A stretch of 64,000 nucleotides of DNA from Thermoproteota archaeon (GTDB taxonomy: Archaea > Korarchaeota > Korarchaeia > Korarchaeales > Korarchaeaceae). The notes under the pieces were generated by a model. The model made no database searches and was not told the DNA's origin. It saw only the letters and a list, made by a program, of their open reading frames with translations. The stretch lies in contig WALU01000032.1 of assembly GCA_015522685.1 (NCBI GenBank), forward strand, positions 44,760-108,759, given 5' to 3'. Positions 9,462 to 19,665 of the stretch are shown one piece after another (the first letter of the stretch is position 1; every line of letters begins with the position of its first letter). The position numbers and the translations under genes were made by a program.

Positions 9462-10764
9462 TAAGCCCTAAATGAGCTCCAACTTCTCCAGTCATGTTCT
9501 CTTTTATCATCTTCCTGATCTCTTCTAAATTATCTGTATGCCCCAATACATACATTAACTTCACTAAAGCTACTTCTGGAAGCATATCCTCTCCAGATAT
9601 AGCTCCGGCCATTAGGAGTCTCCTTCCTGTCTCATATACATTAAGATTTACTCTACCAAACAAGCATTGAGATGTGATTACCACCGGGATCCCACTCTTT
9701 ACTATCTCAGCCACTTCTGGAATCAAATATCTGGGAGTATGACCTAAGCCGGTGCCAGCTAAAACTAAGCCCTTAAATCTCTCAGCAAGGGTAGATAGAA
9801 ATCCGTTTGGGATTCCTGGCCATATCTGCACTAAAGCTACATTGGGATCAAGTCTATCATCTAGCTCTACATTACTAGGCCCCTCTCTTTTTCTTCTGAA
9901 GTTCTCAGTGAGGAATCTTATGCTATCGTAAGTTACTCTCGCAATAGGCGGCTCATTTATTGATTGGAAAGCATCCCTCCTGGATGTATGCATCTTTCTA
10001 GCCCTTACTCCCCTTATAACATAGGCATACTCATCGCTCGGGCTGCCATGCATCGCGATCACTGACTCGGCTATTGGGCTTTCTGCAGCCACCCTAGCTG
10101 CAGCAATTAGATTAAGGACAGCATCTGTGGATGGTCTATCTATAGATCTCTGTGATCCCACGAGAACTACAGGCTTATCTAGGCTGTGGAGCATGAAGGC
10201 TAATGCAGCTGCTGTGTAGTGCATAGTATCGGTACCATGAGCTATAAGAACTCCATCAGCCCCTTTCCTTAACTGCTCATAGACGGCCTTAGCTATAAGC
10301 TTCCAATGATTTGGTGTAAGATTCTCACTGAATTCTGAGAATAATGTAACATACTTCGTGTTAATAATGTTGGCAAGTTCAGGTACGATATCAAGCAATT
10401 CTTCCGGCTTCTCATGAGATATAACAGCACCCGTAGAGTAATCTACCTTAGAAGTTATTGTCCCACCAGTGACTATTAGGGGGACGAATGGTAAGTCATC
10501 CCTATACCTCAATTTAGGTATCTTCCTCTCTCTAGAAAGATTTGCCTTACTAATTAGCTTCATCTTAGCTCCTTCTATATTTATCCCTATATTATACCCA
10601 TTATCGAGCTTTATTATGAGATGTTCATCATCCAATATTTCTGGTCTAGGTATTAGGATACCTTCATAGACTCTCCCATCTTTTAGGACACGAATTCTAT
10701 CGTAATCACCTATCCTCAAACTAGAGAGCAGTTTGCCAACTCTTCCTCTGTAATGCAGGGTCAT
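9436..10764 (-). CDS. gatD: Glu-tRNA(Gln) amidotransferase subunit D
   Basis: IKLDNGYNIG, TGGTITSKVDY, HGTDTM, GSQRSIDRP, KMHTSRRDAF. Confidence 0.96.
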   Translation of the reverse strand: MTLHYRGRVGKLLSSLRIGDYDRIRVLKDGRVYEGILIPRPEILDDEHLIIKLDNGYNIGINIEGAKMKLISKANLSRERKIPKLRYRDDLPFVPLIVTGGTITSKVDYSTGAVISHEKPEELLDIVPELANIINTKYVTLFSEFSENLTPNHWKLIAKAVYEQLRKGADGVLIAHGTDTMHYTAAALAFMLHSLDKPVVLVGSQRSIDRPSTDAVLNLIAAARVAAESPIAESVIAMHGSPSDEYAYVIRGVRARKMHTSRRDAFQSINEPPIARVTYDSIRFLTENFRRKREGPSNVELDDRLDPNVALVQIWPGIPNGFLSTLAERFKGLVLAGTGLGHTPRYLIPEVAEIVKSGIPVVITSQCLFGRVNLNVYETGRRLLMAGAISGEDMLPEVALVKLMYVLGHTDNLEEIRKMIKENMTGEVGAHLGLNVFPSCWR

Positions 10765-10813
10765 CGCTTCTCTTAGCAGGATGTACTAAAAAAATTAGGT
10801 TAGATGGATAAGA

Positions 10814-11233
10814 TCATCGAATTACCGGCCTAAACTTGTATGAATAAGCTATGATGCCAGATTCCCCGCTAACTTTGGTTTTCCTTAGCACCATCTCCAC
10901 TTCCATTCCCTTCTTTGCTTCTGAAGGAGAGATATCGGTTAGCTGAGCCATTATCCTACTTCCATCCTCCAATTCTATGATAGCTAGTACGTATGGCGTA
11001 TAATATTCATATCCTCTTAAAGCATTCCATACAACAGTATAATTGAGCACTTTCCCTTTCCTAGGAAGAATGACTGTTTCTATATTCTTAGAACCACATA
11101 CAGGACATATATCTTCTTTAGGCAGCATTATATAGCCACAATCCATACACCTGCCTCCTTCTAGCCTATATCTGGCCGGTATCTCTCTCCAGTGAGCAGG
11201 TACGCTCTGCCAATATGCCCACATATCGTTCAC
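10814..11233 (-). CDS. DUF35 Zn-ribbon/OB-fold protein (thiolase-HMGS scaffold)
   Basis: CMDCG...CPVCG, GKVLNYTVV, PYVLAIIELEDG, YKFRP; operon context. Confidence 0.9.
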   Translation of the reverse strand: MNDMWAYWQSVPAHWREIPARYRLEGGRCMDCGYIMLPKEDICPVCGSKNIETVILPRKGKVLNYTVVWNALRGYEYYTPYVLAIIELEDGSRIMAQLTDISPSEAKKGMEVEMVLRKTKVSGESGIIAYSYKFRPVIR

Positions 11234-12369
11234 ACCCCCCTAACTAGGTGAACTACGGAATTACTTCCTATCCCCCCGATACCAAGAGTCAATCCACTCA
11301 TGGCTCCTTTAACTTGCCATCCATCTGCTCTTCCAGTTACTTGTAGATATGCCTCAGCTACTTGGTATACCCCTGTAGCTCCAACGGGATTACCTCTGGC
11401 CTTCAATCCTCCCTCCGGATTTATTGGAACGGGCCCATCCCTATTGGCCTCGCCACTGCTGAATAGGCGAGACGCTTTCCCTCTCTCCGCTAATCCCAAT
11501 TCCTCCACTGCAATATATCCCATAATGCTAGAGTAATCATGTATTATGTAAAAGTCTGGCTTGAAGTTAGTATTCTCCATGGCTCTTTTGAAAGCAGTTC
11601 TAATAGAAGGCATTTCTGTCAAATCTCTCCTCCTATATAGCGATATGGAGTCTGTGGCTTGTCCCGAGGAAACTATCTCAGCATTCCCATTAGATCCCTC
11701 AGCATCTTTAGATAACACTACTGCTGCAGCTCCATCACCTAGAGGCGCTAGATCAAGCATTGTGAGGGGTTCCGCTATGACTGGAGAAGAAGAATAGCTT
11801 TCTGGTTTCAATTTGAATCTGAGCTGAGCATGAGGAGTATCTACTGCATTTTCATGCATGAGTAAAGGTAGATATGAGAACTCCTCCTTAGATACATTAT
11901 ATTTCCACATATATGCCCTCATAACTAATGCATGCATGGCATCTAGCGTTCCTCCATGAAAAGCCTCATATTCTGAATCTATTGATGTAGAAAGAGCTGA
12001 ATTAGAGTCTTCGAGGGCTGTATAATCGGTGACTTTTTCTACACCAACAACAAGTACTCTATCCGCCATTTTAGAGGATACTAGACTGCTGGCTAAGAGG
12101 ACAGCAGCTCCTCCCGAAGCCCCAGCGGCCTCGATTTTAACTGCAGGGAGGCCTATCTTTCCCAAATGAGTAGCTACATAGGAACCTAGGTTCTCTTGAC
12201 CATTAACAACTCCCGATAGAGCATTTGCGACGACTATATAATCTATATTCTTATTACAAGATTCTAGCGCCTTTAAAGATGCCTCGACTGCAAGATGCCT
12301 CAAGGACTTATTCCAGTGATTTCCGACATTAGTTAAACCAACTCCAACTATATATACCATTAGGCACAC
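11230..12369 (-). CDS. thiolase-family protein (SCP2/archaeal AcaB-like) with substituted catalytic residues
   Basis: VVGVEK, DGAAAVVL, INPEGGLKARGNPVGATG; EAAGASG where EAACASG is usual. Confidence 0.88.
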   Translation of the reverse strand: MCLMVYIVGVGLTNVGNHWNKSLRHLAVEASLKALESCNKNIDYIVVANALSGVVNGQENLGSYVATHLGKIGLPAVKIEAAGASGGAAVLLASSLVSSKMADRVLVVGVEKVTDYTALEDSNSALSTSIDSEYEAFHGGTLDAMHALVMRAYMWKYNVSKEEFSYLPLLMHENAVDTPHAQLRFKLKPESYSSSPVIAEPLTMLDLAPLGDGAAAVVLSKDAEGSNGNAEIVSSGQATDSISLYRRRDLTEMPSIRTAFKRAMENTNFKPDFYIIHDYSSIMGYIAVEELGLAERGKASRLFSSGEANRDGPVPINPEGGLKARGNPVGATGVYQVAEAYLQVTGRADGWQVKGAMSGLTLGIGGIGSNSVVHLVRGV

Positions 12370-12372
12370 CCC

Positions 12373-13467
12373 CTAATAAGAGCTAAAATCATGGAGCATA
12401 CGTATCATCCTTCTGTAGCGAGCATAGGTTGTGTAATCAACGTATTCTTTTCTATTAACATAATTTAGTGTCTTAGGAGCTAAATTTTGCACCTCCTCAA
12501 TGCCATCATTGACCTCTATATGAAAAGCATCGCTGCCAGCTCCAGAACCAAATGACACAACTAGAATGCGCTGTCCAGGCTTTGCCTGATCAAGAACGGC
12601 CGACAAACCAACTAAGGCCGATCCACTGTATGTGTTTCCTATGTATGGAGTGATCAGACCTGGCTTTACCTTATCCGGGGTGAAACCAAGTCTAGTACCT
12701 ACTCTCAACGGATATTTGCCATTGGGCTGATGAAATACTGCATAATCATAATCCTCGGGTTTTGTTCCGATGAAGTTCATTAGTTCCTTGGCTGCCGTCA
12801 TTATATGCTTAAAGTAAGCAGGTCCGCCAGTAAAGGCCCTTGTGTGGGCTGGGTAATGCTCATGCTGCCTCCTCCAGAAATCTGGTGTGTCTGTCACATG
12901 AGAGAGTGAAGCTTTTATAACAGCTACTGAGTCCGCTGCAGGCCCTAATATATAAGCAGATCCTCCAGCCGCTGCAGTATATTCTAAGGCATCTCCTGGC
13001 GCTCCCTGTGCAGTGTCTGCTCCTACTGCTAAGCCATAGTCTATCATATTGGAGCCTATAAGCCCTATTACTGCTTGGATCGCTTCAGTGCCAGCCTTGC
13101 AGGCGAACTCGTAGTCAGCACCTGTAGTAAGCCTTCTCTCGCCACCTGCACCTAAGGCCTCTATAAGCATGGTGGCTGTAGTCTTAACGGCATAAGGTTT
13201 AGATTCTGTTCCTACGTAGACAGCTCTCAGTTTAGAAGCCTCTATATGGGCTCTTTTTAAGGCATTAATTGAGGATTCGTAAGCTATGGTGAAGGCATCT
13301 TCATCTATACCCGGTACGCTCTTCTCTTGGACCATTATACCTGCTGCATATCTATTCCAATCCCTGCCCCACTCTCTAGCAAGCTCTTCGGATCTTACCC
13401 TCCATTTAGGAACATAAACTCCCCATCCAACTATACCTACTTTCCTATTTGCTTTCATAAGGATCAC
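12373..13467 (-). CDS. mvaS: hydroxymethylglutaryl-CoA synthase (archaeal)
   Basis: GTESKPYAVK, EFACKAGT, DTPDFWRR, FHQPNGKYP, GNTYSGS, SFGSGAGSD. Confidence 0.95.
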   Translation of the reverse strand: MILMKANRKVGIVGWGVYVPKWRVRSEELAREWGRDWNRYAAGIMVQEKSVPGIDEDAFTIAYESSINALKRAHIEASKLRAVYVGTESKPYAVKTTATMLIEALGAGGERRLTTGADYEFACKAGTEAIQAVIGLIGSNMIDYGLAVGADTAQGAPGDALEYTAAAGGSAYILGPAADSVAVIKASLSHVTDTPDFWRRQHEHYPAHTRAFTGGPAYFKHIMTAAKELMNFIGTKPEDYDYAVFHQPNGKYPLRVGTRLGFTPDKVKPGLITPYIGNTYSGSALVGLSAVLDQAKPGQRILVVSFGSGAGSDAFHIEVNDGIEEVQNLAPKTLNYVNRKEYVDYTTYARYRRMIRMLHDFSSY

Positions 13468-13901
13468 CTACCAGAATTGATGAGCATAGCTGTCTAAATC
13501 GGCGTCTATAGATCTTACTTATTCTTCCTTCCCTAGCATATTAAAAATCATTATGTTATAAGGAGAAAATAAATAGGAATTATATTAACATAAGCTTATT
13601 GATTTTATCATAATATAATGCGCCATTAAGTATTATTTCATTTACTATCGAAAAAATAGGAGTAAAAATAAGTCTATTGACAAACCTTAGACATGATAGA
13701 GCTTTGATTGGCCTTAAGAAGAGCTAATTCAACCATATCAATGGATCTTATGGAACCTATAAGAATGTAGATGAATCTTTCTAGGAATGAAAGATTTAGA
13801 AGCTGGTTTAGATATGCGGAGACTATTAGAAAGATGATTATTATAAGATTAAATGAGATCAGGCCTGAGCCAAGAACTGGCTTCCAGCAATCTTCTGATT
13901 T

Positions 13902-14546
13902 CTATTTAAGAACTTTTCCGGTTTCCATATACCAAAGGTAAAGATCAAGCTCTGCAAGGCTCAGTCCTGTTCTCTGGGCTATCTCCTCTAGTATTCTTTC
14001 TATTTCTAGGTACTTCTTTCTAGTAATGCTTTTAGGTCTCTCTATCAATTCATACCTAGATAACAGATCCACTATATGAAAATCCACTATAGCTAAGTTT
14101 TTGAATCCTATGTTTCTAAGAAAGTGACTCGCTTCCTTATATCCCAATCCTTTAACATTCTTTACGAACCACTCCCTCAGAGCCTTCTCGTCTTTAAAGC
14201 TTTCCAATATGCTCTTGAGTTTAGGGATGAGCTCTCTGGCCTTAACTATATATCTAGCCCTAGTCTTGGGAAAACGATATCCTAAATCCCTAAGCTTAAT
14301 CTCAAGCTCCTCCTTAGATAGGTTTATTAGACCATCATTCAGTGACTTTTGGATTTTTATCCCTCCCTCAGCGCTATAATTTGCAGTTAGTATGCAGAAA
14401 GCTAGTTCCTTAAATATCTTCTCATTGTTACTCTTGTCAATTTCTTCAAATTCCATTATTCTCTCTTTTATAGTTTTTGTTACACTACTCTTTCCTAGAC
14501 TTTCTATCTCCATCACTATCCTATCCATTCTGTCTGATCTTCTCAT
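13902..14546 (-). CDS. ogg: 8-oxoguanine DNA glycosylase/AP lyase (OGG2 type)
   Basis: ELAFCILTAN, GYRFP, VKGLGYKEASHFLRN, LDLYLWYMETGKVLK. Confidence 0.93.
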   Translation of the reverse strand: MRRSDRMDRIVMEIESLGKSSVTKTIKERIMEFEEIDKSNNEKIFKELAFCILTANYSAEGGIKIQKSLNDGLINLSKEELEIKLRDLGYRFPKTRARYIVKARELIPKLKSILESFKDEKALREWFVKNVKGLGYKEASHFLRNIGFKNLAIVDFHIVDLLSRYELIERPKSITRKKYLEIERILEEIAQRTGLSLAELDLYLWYMETGKVLK

Positions 14547-15066
14547 GATCTAAGCCACCTTTATATGTAACTTATATAACATTACCAGCCTTATCCTAAC
14601 AACTATTATCCTTCTAGCTGTTATCTCTTAAATTAAAAGCATTATGGGATCAGGACTCGGCAAAATCCTCATAATTCAGTCTCTAGTTTTCCTCATCTCC
14701 CAGCTAATAATAAAAAAGCTCATTTATAAGAGGTAGCTAGCTCCGAAGAAAAATAGAATGAAAGGGAGGGAGACATATTCCTCATCATAGTAACAACAAT
14801 AGTCGCTTTAGGTATACAAACACTCTCGATCACTATTATAACCTTGCGGGCTTATATTTTGAAATTTTTACAATAACCTTTAGATAAATATTACTTATCA
14901 CTAAAGTAACAAGTCATGTCAGGTATATAAACAAATCAGTCACATCTTCTTAATATTCTCATCTCTCCTATATCCTCTTTCTCTTTTTTTACTTTAACAT
15001 GCAGTAGGTAAGGCCCTCGACTCTCAATCACAAATCCTTATTATACTGAATTAGGTTGATTCTACT

Positions 15067-15858
15067 ATGAACAGAGACAGCCTGATAGTTGTCGGGGTGA
15101 TAATAGTAGTAGCCATAGTGCTTGGTTCTGCATATATTACAATTTCAAGGGGCGTAGCTCCATCTTTGCTAGGAACAATGACGTCCGGTAGCGAGCGTGG
15201 GAGTGCTCGCACTACTATGACATCAGCCAGTGGAGGTAAAACACAGACTAAAACAAATGCAGGAAATGGCCCTAGCTTTAGCTCTCTATTCCTCAAGAAA
15301 GGGAAATTTTCAGCTACATATGATTTGTATAAGAATCTAAAGAAAGAAGGTACTGCTAGCATATATGTCAAAGGGGCTAAGGAGAGTAGATTCGACTTGA
15401 GCATACCTCAGAGTCAATACATAACTATAAGAAATGACACAAGCTATATAACTTGTTTCAAACAGGCTAAACAAAGTTGGCAATGCTTCAAGGCTAAGGA
15501 GGGGCAGTATCCACAATCTCAGGGAGGAGGCAGACCTCAAGTTAGTGATCCTGTCAAAGAGGGTGAGGAATTCAAGAGTCCTATATATAATGGAACTAGG
15601 AAGTATGCTGGTAAGACCTGTTATTGCTATTACGTAAAGAAGCAGAAGAAGATTATGATAAATGGGAGCGAAAAAATGGGATCTGCTTATATAGAGATAT
15701 GCATAACATCGGATGGAGTACCAGGCTATTTCTTATCTCTATGGAATTCCCCTAGTGGAAAGGACATAGTTAGATATGAAGGCGTAGCAAAGACTATCTT
15801 ATATTCTGTTCCAGAAAATGTATTTAATCCTCCTGCTCAGCCAAGGAGTCTTCCATAA
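15067..15858 (+). CDS. hypothetical N-terminally anchored extracellular protein
   Basis: N-terminal TM helix, S/T/G-rich linker, beta-rich domain with paired cysteines. Confidence 0.7.
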   Translation: MNRDSLIVVGVIIVVAIVLGSAYITISRGVAPSLLGTMTSGSERGSARTTMTSASGGKTQTKTNAGNGPSFSSLFLKKGKFSATYDLYKNLKKEGTASIYVKGAKESRFDLSIPQSQYITIRNDTSYITCFKQAKQSWQCFKAKEGQYPQSQGGGRPQVSDPVKEGEEFKSPIYNGTRKYAGKTCYCYYVKKQKKIMINGSEKMGSAYIEICITSDGVPGYFLSLWNSPSGKDIVRYEGVAKTILYSVPENVFNPPAQPRSLP

Positions 15859-15960
15859 ACTTCCGCTTCCTTTATGTTTCATAAGCGCTATATGCTGGAG
15901 AATGACCAGTAGGCATGATGGTTATCAAGTTTTTATTTGACCTAATCTAGAAGCTAATAC

Positions 15961-17595
15961 GTGAGCTTTAAGTTAATTTTAGTTACTGGTGGAGTAATCA
16001 GTGGTTTAGGTAAGGGAATAATAGCAGCTTCTATTGGAAAGTTGATGCAGTCAAGGGGATTCCCTATCTCTATGATAAAAATGGATCCCTACCTCAATCC
16101 AGATCCAGGTACGCTAAATCCGGTTGAACATGGTGAAGTTTTTGTAACAGAAGAGGTATGGCATTTTCACCCAGGCAAGGGCGTAGAGTTCGATATAGCT
16201 GAAATAGATGAAGATTTTGGCCATTATGAGAGATTTCTCAATGTGAATATGCATCCCTCTAATAACATAACCAGCGGCCAAATAATGCTGAGTGTTATAC
16301 TAGGGGAGAGAAAAGGCGTTTATCTAGGACAAACGATAAGGCTTATTCCACATGTTACTGAAGAAATAAAGAAGAGAGTATACCGCGTAGCTGAGAGGGA
16401 AAACCCAGATATACTGATAGTGGAGCTCGGAGGTACTGTTGGTGACTATGAAGCTATGGCCTTTGTGGAAGCCTTGAGGCAGATGAGATTAGAGGTTGGA
16501 GTGAGTAACTCCGTTCATATCCATGTAACATATGTTCCCTTCATAGAAACTCTTGGAGAGTTCAAGACGAAACCTGCTCAACTATTCTTCAGGGAAGTTC
16601 TAGCAGCTGGACTGCCACCTGATTTCGTTATAGCTAGAACTCCTTCTCCTTTGCCTAAGAATGTGAAAAAGAAACTTGCCCTATATGCAAGTGTTCCGTA
16701 TGACGCGGTCTTTGAAGACCCTGACCTTGATACGGTTTACAATCTCCCATTATATTTCGAGAGGGAAGGCTTAGGAGGTAAGATCGAGAAAAGACTTAAA
16801 CTAAAGGGAAAGCCTGATATGAGCGAGTGGGAGGAAGTGGTGAGGAAATTCAAAGAAGGAGAGCCAAGAAAAATAGCAATGATAGGGAAGTACTGGAGGA
16901 TGTCTGATGTCTATATATCTATACTAGAAGCCATAAAACACGCTGGAGCTGAGGCTGGAGTAAAACCTCAGATAATCCCTGTAGATTCAGAAGAGTTAGA
17001 AAGAGAAAGTGGAAGTGGATGGGATAAGCTTAAGAAATCTAATGGCATCCTACTAACGCCGGGTTTTGGCTCCAGAGGAACTGAAGGAATGATATCGGCA
17101 GCTGCATGGGCATTGAAGCAAGATAAGCCTTTCTTAGGTATATGCTTCGGCGCTCAACTTGCTACGGTGGCTTTCGCTAGAGAATTCATGGGGTGGACTG
17201 AAGCCAACTCTACTGAAATAGATCCGAAGACGCCTTGGCCTGTTGTAGATCTCTTGCCTGAGCAAAAACAGATAGATGAAGTAGGAGGCACCATGAGACT
17301 TGGAGGGCATAAGGTTTTACTTCTCGAAGGAATACTTCGCAAGGCCTACGGTAGAGAGAAAGTGGTGGAGAGATTTAGACATCGCTATCATATAATCAGG
17401 GAGTATGCAGAGGGGATGGCGGGGAAGGGATATAAAATAGCGGCTGTAGATGCCACTAGAAGAATAATCAATGCATTTGAGGTGGAAAATCACCCTTACT
17501 TCATTGGGGTTCAGTTTCATCCAGAGTTCAAGTCGAGGCCAGGTAACCCAAGTCCAGTGTATCTCTCATTCATTGAAGCAGTCAAAGAGATTTAA
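15961..17595 (+). CDS. pyrG: CTP synthase
   Basis: TGGVISGLGKG, DPYLN, GHYERF, GGTVGD, KTKP, LGICFG, RHRY, QFHPEF. Confidence 0.97.
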   Translation: MSFKLILVTGGVISGLGKGIIAASIGKLMQSRGFPISMIKMDPYLNPDPGTLNPVEHGEVFVTEEVWHFHPGKGVEFDIAEIDEDFGHYERFLNVNMHPSNNITSGQIMLSVILGERKGVYLGQTIRLIPHVTEEIKKRVYRVAERENPDILIVELGGTVGDYEAMAFVEALRQMRLEVGVSNSVHIHVTYVPFIETLGEFKTKPAQLFFREVLAAGLPPDFVIARTPSPLPKNVKKKLALYASVPYDAVFEDPDLDTVYNLPLYFEREGLGGKIEKRLKLKGKPDMSEWEEVVRKFKEGEPRKIAMIGKYWRMSDVYISILEAIKHAGAEAGVKPQIIPVDSEELERESGSGWDKLKKSNGILLTPGFGSRGTEGMISAAAWALKQDKPFLGICFGAQLATVAFAREFMGWTEANSTEIDPKTPWPVVDLLPEQKQIDEVGGTMRLGGHKVLLLEGILRKAYGREKVVERFRHRYHIIREYAEGMAGKGYKIAAVDATRRIINAFEVENHPYFIGVQFHPEFKSRPGNPSPVYLSFIEAVKEI

Positions 17596-18721
17596 ATACC
17601 CTCCTGGCTTTCTCCACAACCTCCTTCACTTCTTCATCCTTCATACATGAATATATTGGAAGATATAGCAGCTCCCTTGCTAGCTTCTCAGCATTGGGCG
17701 TCTCAATATCGGAATAGCTCACGCCCTTGAAAAGAACATGAAGGAAATTGTATTTTCTATCAGCTAGCCTTGACATCACAGGTTGCTTCTGAAGAGGCAT
17801 CGGGTAGGCAGGCCTTGCTAAAATACCGAGGTATCTGAGCCTCTTTACTGCCTCATCTCTCCTCCTACCTACCCTCACAGGGTAAAGATGCCACACAGGA
17901 TCGGCCCACTCGGCTACGAAAGGTGTATCAACCAACCCAGACAGCTCCTGCGTATATATAGAAGCAATCTCCCTTCTTCTAGCATTAAATTCATCTAATT
18001 TTTTCAACTGAACAATTCCTATGGCAGCATTAATTTCAGTCATCCTATAGTTAAATCCGACGTAATGGTGCTCATATTTTGAGACCTGTCCTTGATCCCT
18101 TATGGCCCTAGCCTTCTCATAAACATACTCATCATCCGTTGTTATAATCCCCCCTTCACCAGTAGTCATGTTCTTCGTTGGGTAGAAGCTGAAAGCACCA
18201 GCTTCTCCTAGGCTTCCTACCTTGGATCCCTTGTAGAGCGCACCATGGGCTTGAGCTGAATCTTCTAAGATGCATATTTCTCTACCTCCTAATACCTCCC
18301 TAATAGAATCCAAATCTGCTGGATGGCCATGTATATGTACAGGAATTATCACTTTAGTCTTGCTAGTTATCTTGCTAGCTAGATTGTTTGGATCCATAGT
18401 GCCTGTTCTGACATCAACATCAATGAATACTGGCCTTGCTCCAGATAGAATAACTGATGAAGCTGTGGAGTAGAAAGTATAGCTCGGAACTGCAACCTCA
18501 TCTCCAGGACCCACATCCAACGATATTAAGGCGACATGTAAGGCTGCTGTTCCATTTGATACTGCTACAGCATACTTGCTCCCTATATAGGAAGCGAAAG
18601 CTTCCTCAAATTCCTTTACTAGCTTCCCTTGAGCGATCATGCCTGATTCTATTACTTTCTTTACCTCTCTTATCTCTTCCTCGCCTAAACAGGGTCTAGC
18701 TATTGGTATCATCATATGCAC
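17582..18721 (-). CDS. DegT/DnrJ/EryC1/StrS family PLP aminotransferase
   Basis: VSNGTAALH, EDSAQAHGA, FSFYPTKNMTTGEGG, GFNYRM. Confidence 0.93.
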   Translation of the reverse strand: MHMMIPIARPCLGEEEIREVKKVIESGMIAQGKLVKEFEEAFASYIGSKYAVAVSNGTAALHVALISLDVGPGDEVAVPSYTFYSTASSVILSGARPVFIDVDVRTGTMDPNNLASKITSKTKVIIPVHIHGHPADLDSIREVLGGREICILEDSAQAHGALYKGSKVGSLGEAGAFSFYPTKNMTTGEGGIITTDDEYVYEKARAIRDQGQVSKYEHHYVGFNYRMTEINAAIGIVQLKKLDEFNARRREIASIYTQELSGLVDTPFVAEWADPVWHLYPVRVGRRRDEAVKRLRYLGILARPAYPMPLQKQPVMSRLADRKYNFLHVLFKGVSYSDIETPNAEKLARELLYLPIYSCMKDEEVKEVVEKARRVFKSL

Positions 18722-19020
18722 CTTTCAGCTTACAACCTCCATTCGAATTACATAAAGGTATGTTAGCAAAACTTGAGATGTTCGATTTCTGGAATGGAGA
18801 ACTTCCTTATAAATGGAACAGAGAAATCGTAGGGAGCTAGAGTGGAAGAAATAGTATCAGGTAAAATGCAGTTTCTCATAACTCCTAATCAAATAGTTAG
18901 ATTGATTATGCATATAAATTGCAATTAAATTTTAATATTGCTTAGAAAAATTTTAGATCTCATTTCGCGCGCGACCTTTAACAGAAGAGCTAGATATGGG
19001 ATAGATACTAAAATACTTGT

Positions 19021-19665
19021 CTATGGGAGTTGAATGGATGGGGCACCTATGAGAAAAGCGGTCAATGTAGAGATTACAGGGATAGAAATGTTATCCTCTC
19101 CACCATAGAGTTCTGCTATAGAAGATGCTGCAGCTATTACGAGAGCTAGTTGAGGAATGCCTGTTAGATATGTAAGGACCGCATAATAGGAGAGGAAGCC
19201 AGCAAGAGTTCCTTCAACAGTCCCATCAGATAATGGAATTCTAATCTTGCCTAAAAGTATTCCCACTATGGAGGAGATGCCATCAGTTAAAATGAGAGCC
19301 AGTATTCCATAGGAAGCCAGTAATCCGAATAGAAAGTATGTCGATGACACTCCAACTAACCCGGATAGGGCGCCCAGCCATCCAACTCTTCTCTCATAAT
19401 CCCTCTCAACTAGGCGAACTAGATGGTTAAATGAATCTAGAACTACTTCTATGCCTTTTGGCTGGGGTATCTGCATACTGGTTTTAAGCCATTGAGGTGG
19501 GCCCTTAACCTGCATTGAGTAGATCCACCCACCTAAAGCAAGAGCACCAGCATAGATCATTGCTGGATCTATTAAAGGAGGGAGAGCTAAAGGAATCAAT
19601 AAAACAGCGGAGAATGTTATATGTATCAGCTTTCTCAATATTTCATTGGTCTCCAATTCAACCAC
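19021..19665 (-). CDS. dolichol/phytol kinase-like membrane protein (CTP-dependent family), copy 2
   Basis: EILRKLIH, LTDGISSIVG, GTVEGTLAG, EDNISIP; multiple TM helices. Confidence 0.8.
   Translation of the reverse strand: MVELETNEILRKLIHITFSAVLLIPLALPPLIDPAMIYAGALALGGWIYSMQVKGPPQWLKTSMQIPQPKGIEVVLDSFNHLVRLVERDYERRVGWLGALSGLVGVSSTYFLFGLLASYGILALILTDGISSIVGILLGKIRIPLSDGTVEGTLAGFLSYYAVLTYLTGIPQLALVIAAASSIAELYGGEDNISIPVISTLTAFLIGAPSIQLP

Noticed and set aside
14700-14870. Hydrophobic fragment (IFLIIVTTIVALGI) upstream of the 15067 gene as a possible paralog remnant
   Set aside because: Too short and low-complexity to assign by eye.
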